From Rubrivivax sp. (GTDB taxonomy: Bacteria > Pseudomonadota > Gammaproteobacteria > Burkholderiales > Burkholderiaceae_C): a stretch of 64,000 nt of DNA. Of this stretch, positions 62,509 to 64,000 are shown piece by piece. The DNA lies in contig JAXHKY010000005.1 of NCBI GenBank assembly GCA_034522875.1, forward strand, positions 13,205-77,204. The letters are read 5' to 3'. The notes beneath the pieces are model-generated. The model searched no databases. It saw only the letters and a list, made by a program, of their open reading frames with translations, and was not told the DNA's origin. How positions within the stretch are numbered: position 1 is the stretch's first letter; each line of letters starts with the position of its first letter. The position numbers and the translations under genes are program-made.

Positions 62509-63395
62509 CCCCCGACCGCGTGATGCTGCTCATCGACGCCGACAACGTTTCCGTCGACGTCGTCGAACAGGCGGTGGCGCACCTGCTCGACGCGCACGGC
62601 GCGCTGCACGTGCGCCGCGCCTACTGCACGGCCGAGAGTGCGCTCAAGCACCAGGCGGTCTTCCGGCGGCTTTCGATCAAGCCCATGGTCAACCTGAGCA
62701 CGGGCAAGAACTCCACCGACATCGCCTTGGCGGTGGACGCCGTGGACCTGGTGCTGGCCGAGCGGCCCGACGTGGTGGCCATCGCTTCGTCGGACTCCGA
62801 CTTCGCACCGCTGGTGGCACGGCTGCGCGAGAAGGGCTGCCGCGTCGTGGGCATCGGGCAGGAAGGCAAGACCGGCGAGGAGACGCTGCAGGTCTACGAC
62901 GAATTCACGGTGCTGGCGCACCGCAAGGCGCGCGCCGCGGCCAGCGCCAGGCCCGCGCGCAAGACGTCGACTCGCGCCACGGCGAAGAAGACGGCCGGCG
63001 CCGTGGACCGCCCCACCGGCGAAGGTGGTGGCGAGCCACCTGCCGCGGCGCCGGTCAAGACAGCGGCCCGCAAGTCAGGGTCGCGGCGCAAGGCGGCGTC
63101 GGCGGCTGTGGCGGCGCCGGTGCCACCGGTGCCGGAGAAGGTGCAGCAGATGCTGGCCCTGCTGCCCGAGCTGGCGCGCGGCGACACGCTGGAACTGCGC
63201 GTGGCCTCGGTGCGGCTGCGCGAGGCCGGACTGCTGAGCGGACGCGGGTCTTCCACGCGGCTGTTCGGCGAATTCCCCGACCGCTTCGAACTGCTGCCTA
63301 CGGGCAACCCGAACCACGTGCGGCTGCTGGCGCCCGGATCGGCCGTGGCTCAAGGCCCTGCGCCGCGCGGGTTCGGCCGCGGCGCCTCCACTTGA
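62505..63395 (+). CDS. NYN (LabA/DUF88) domain protein
   Basis: LIDADN, GKNSTDI.L.VDA, SSDSDF.PL...LRE.G..VVG. Confidence 0.9.
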   Translation: MTPDRVMLLIDADNVSVDVVEQAVAHLLDAHGALHVRRAYCTAESALKHQAVFRRLSIKPMVNLSTGKNSTDIALAVDAVDLVLAERPDVVAIASSDSDFAPLVARLREKGCRVVGIGQEGKTGEETLQVYDEFTVLAHRKARAAASARPARKTSTRATAKKTAGAVDRPTGEGGGEPPAAAPVKTAARKSGSRRKAASAAVAAPVPPVPEKVQQMLALLPELARGDTLELRVASVRLREAGLLSGRGSSTRLFGEFPDRFELLPTGNPNHVRLLAPGSAVAQGPAPRGFGRGAST

Positions 63396-63466
63396 AAGCC
63401 GGGCTGCGGCCCTAACATCTTGCAAGCTTCCAACCGTTCGTGCGCCCAGACCGGCGCCGCCTGACC

Positions 63467-64000
63467 ATGAAACGTGTGCTGCTGTTCGTCGCGACCAACC
63501 TGGCTGTCATGCTGGTGCTGGGCATTGCCGCCAGCCTGCTGGGGGTCAATCGCTTCCTCACCGCCGAGGGGCTGGACCTGGGCTTGCTGCTCGGCTTTGC
63601 CGCGCTCATCGGTTTCGGCGGCGCCTTCATCTCGCTGCTCATCAGCAAGCCGATGGCCAAGTGGAGCACCAGGGCGCAGGTCATCAACGACTCCACCGAC
63701 CCCACGCACCGCTGGCTCGTCGGCACCGTGCAGGGCTTCGCCCAGAAGTCCGGCATCCAGATGCCCGAGGTCGCCATCTACGACGGCGCGCCCAACGCCT
63801 TCGCCACCGGTGCCTTCAAGAATTCGGCGCTGGTGGCGGTGTCCACCGGGCTGCTGCAGAGCATGAGCCGTGACGAGGTCGAGGCCGTCATCGGCCACGA
63901 GGTGGCGCACGTGGCCAACGGCGACATGGTCACGCTGACGCTGATCCAGGGCGTGATGAACACCTTCGTGGTCTTCCTGTCGCGCGTCATCGGCTATTTC
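63467..64000 (+). CDS. htpX: Membrane zinc protease HtpX (3' end runs off the window)
   Basis: [14 protein letters not shown]...PNAFATGA...VAVSTGLL...[17 protein letters not shown]. Confidence 0.95.
   Translation, partial: MKRVLLFVATNLAVMLVLGIAASLLGVNRFLTAEGLDLGLLLGFAALIGFGGAFISLLISKPMAKWSTRAQVINDSTDPTHRWLVGTVQGFAQKSGIQMPEVAIYDGAPNAFATGAFKNSALVAVSTGLLQSMSRDEVEAVIGHEVAHVANGDMVTLTLIQGVMNTFVVFLSRVIGYF

Noticed and set aside
62505-63395. NYN protein as a defence system
   Set aside because: Stand-alone LabA/DUF88 gene in a housekeeping pyrC-htpX context, with no partner genes.

Overview
GC-rich (roughly 70% by eye) bacterial chromosome segment. Gene content points to a Burkholderiales betaproteobacterium of the Rubrivivax/Ideonella type (inference). 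Core blocks: a FadP-type TetR-regulated fatty-acid beta-oxidation operon (21.6-30.7 kb, with one frameshift in fadN), glcF and an ATM1-type ABC exporter, a glpR/glpD/glycerol ABC (glpSTPQUV-type) cluster (41.4-50.0 kb), and lysR-gltI-gltL-pyrC-NYN-htpX at the right end. Between them are accessory patches with six toxin-antitoxin loci or remnants, an RTX metalloprotease, oxidoreductases and about ten sharply truncated or fused gene remnants. No tRNA, rRNA, CRISPR array, integrase or transposase was recognised. The most interesting signals are: (i) a family of degenerate ~30-bp motifs at the borders of accessory modules, possibly cassette recombination sites; (ii) a palindromic element inserted in frame inside fadN; (iii) a FolE paralogue that keeps its zinc ligands but has altered GTP-binding residues; (iv) a MITE-like inverted repeat. 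All family calls come from motif recognition by eye, not database searches.
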